Source: Isurus oxyrinchus (lineage: Eukaryota). Taken from it: a stretch of 64,000 bases of DNA. The position numbers and the translations under genes are program-made. Below the pieces are notes generated by a model. It was given only the letters and a program-made list of their open reading frames with translations. It searched no databases and was not told the origin of the DNA. Positions 63,044 through 64,000 of this stretch are shown piece by piece (within the stretch, counting starts at the first letter, position 1; each line of letters opens with the position of its first letter). The stretch covers positions 137,330,001-137,394,000 of the forward strand of contig JANJGN010000008.1 of the NCBI GenBank assembly GCA_026770705.1, written 5' to 3'.

Positions 63044-64000
63044 TGTTTGAGTGAAATGGCCTCATGGACAGACTCTAACGTTTCCCCCCTGGCAGCCTTC
63101 AGGGAGTTGCCTCTGCCGGTTTTAAAACGCCTGTCGGTCACTATGGACCCGGTACCCAACAGGCTACCACCACCGCCCGACCCTTCCCAACCATTAGGCA
63201 GATGCATTTCAGGCTGGATGGGCCTTAATTGGCCATCCAGCCAGTGAAATCACATTTACAATGCAGCCATAGCTAGGAACCGATTAACATCCGCTTCCAA
63301 TCCCACCAACCTGGCATGCATGTCAAGTGTGAAATTCAGGCCAAGGAGTCGACACATGTGCAGAACAATGTAGAAATGGCAGAAGATGACAGTGATTCTG
63401 CACTTCTCCAGAGGGTATGCTTTGTGGTAGCCCCCATTTTCACCAACCCCCAACAGTCCCCAGACTGCAGTCAATTAGAAATCTTATTGATTGGCAAGAG
63501 CTGTCACTTTTACGTTGTTAGCTTTGCGATAAAAACTCTTGAAAATGTTGCACCTCATTGAAGGAGGTGTAACTGGGTTTTAAACAGTGTTCTAACTTTA
63601 TAACTACTGCTAAACATTCTCACCAGCCCTGAGAAGCTTATTTTATGTTTGTGGGAGTTCAAACTTCTCAGTAGTGCTAAAAAGATTCCACATATTCAAC
63701 TTTATCTTAGCTTCCATCTTAATCCAATCATAATCAGTCACTTCATTACGAGAAAATTTAAATTAAAAGTGAAGGATAATCAATGCTTTTAACTTTCTAA
63801 TTTGTATTCCGTGAGAATACTTCAATGTGATTGAGTGCTTATCCTGCTTGCTGCCATCGCTGCTGCTGTAGGCCCAGATATCCCATTGACTTTGTGCCAT
63901 ATTTAACACTGCTGTTGGCAAAGGGGGAAATCCATGCTACAGAGATGGCTGGGTCTTTGGGCAGCTTTTTCAAGGTCAGCATGAGTACCATTGCTTCACT

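Larger units (their letters stand above)
59103..63342 (+). mobile_element. PIF/Harbinger DNA transposon, copy 3 (family A)
   Basis: TIRs GACCAGAATTTTAC / GTGAAATTCAGGCC, TSD AAG on both sides. Colinear with copy 1. Confidence 0.92.

Overview
This is eukaryotic, repeat-dense vertebrate DNA. The repertoire of CR1, Deu-domain SINE, Penelope and Harbinger elements suggests a cartilaginous fish (inference). I found one host gene, which the ORF track misses because it is spliced: five minus-strand coding exons (33527 to 2244) that join in phase into a 139-aa single-pass type I membrane protein (signal peptide, helical ectodomain, CxC, TM, short Pro-rich tail) that I cannot assign to a family. The rest is mostly transposons. 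There are three near-full-length, degenerate PIF/Harbinger elements (DDE transposase plus a convergent, spliced Myb/SANT-like gene) with deletion derivatives and MITEs, many CR1 LINEs, a second LINE family with its partner SINE, Deu-domain SINEs, L2, Penelope and Gypsy remnants, and LTR-like repeats, often deeply nested. Notable oddities are a CR1 with twin-priming 5' inversion geometry, a local 109-bp templated insertion, Asn in place of the first catalytic Asp in all three Harbinger transposases, and a triplicated PPT/LTR junction. Repeat boundaries without a TIR or TSD are approximate, and family names rest on motif recall rather than database searches.
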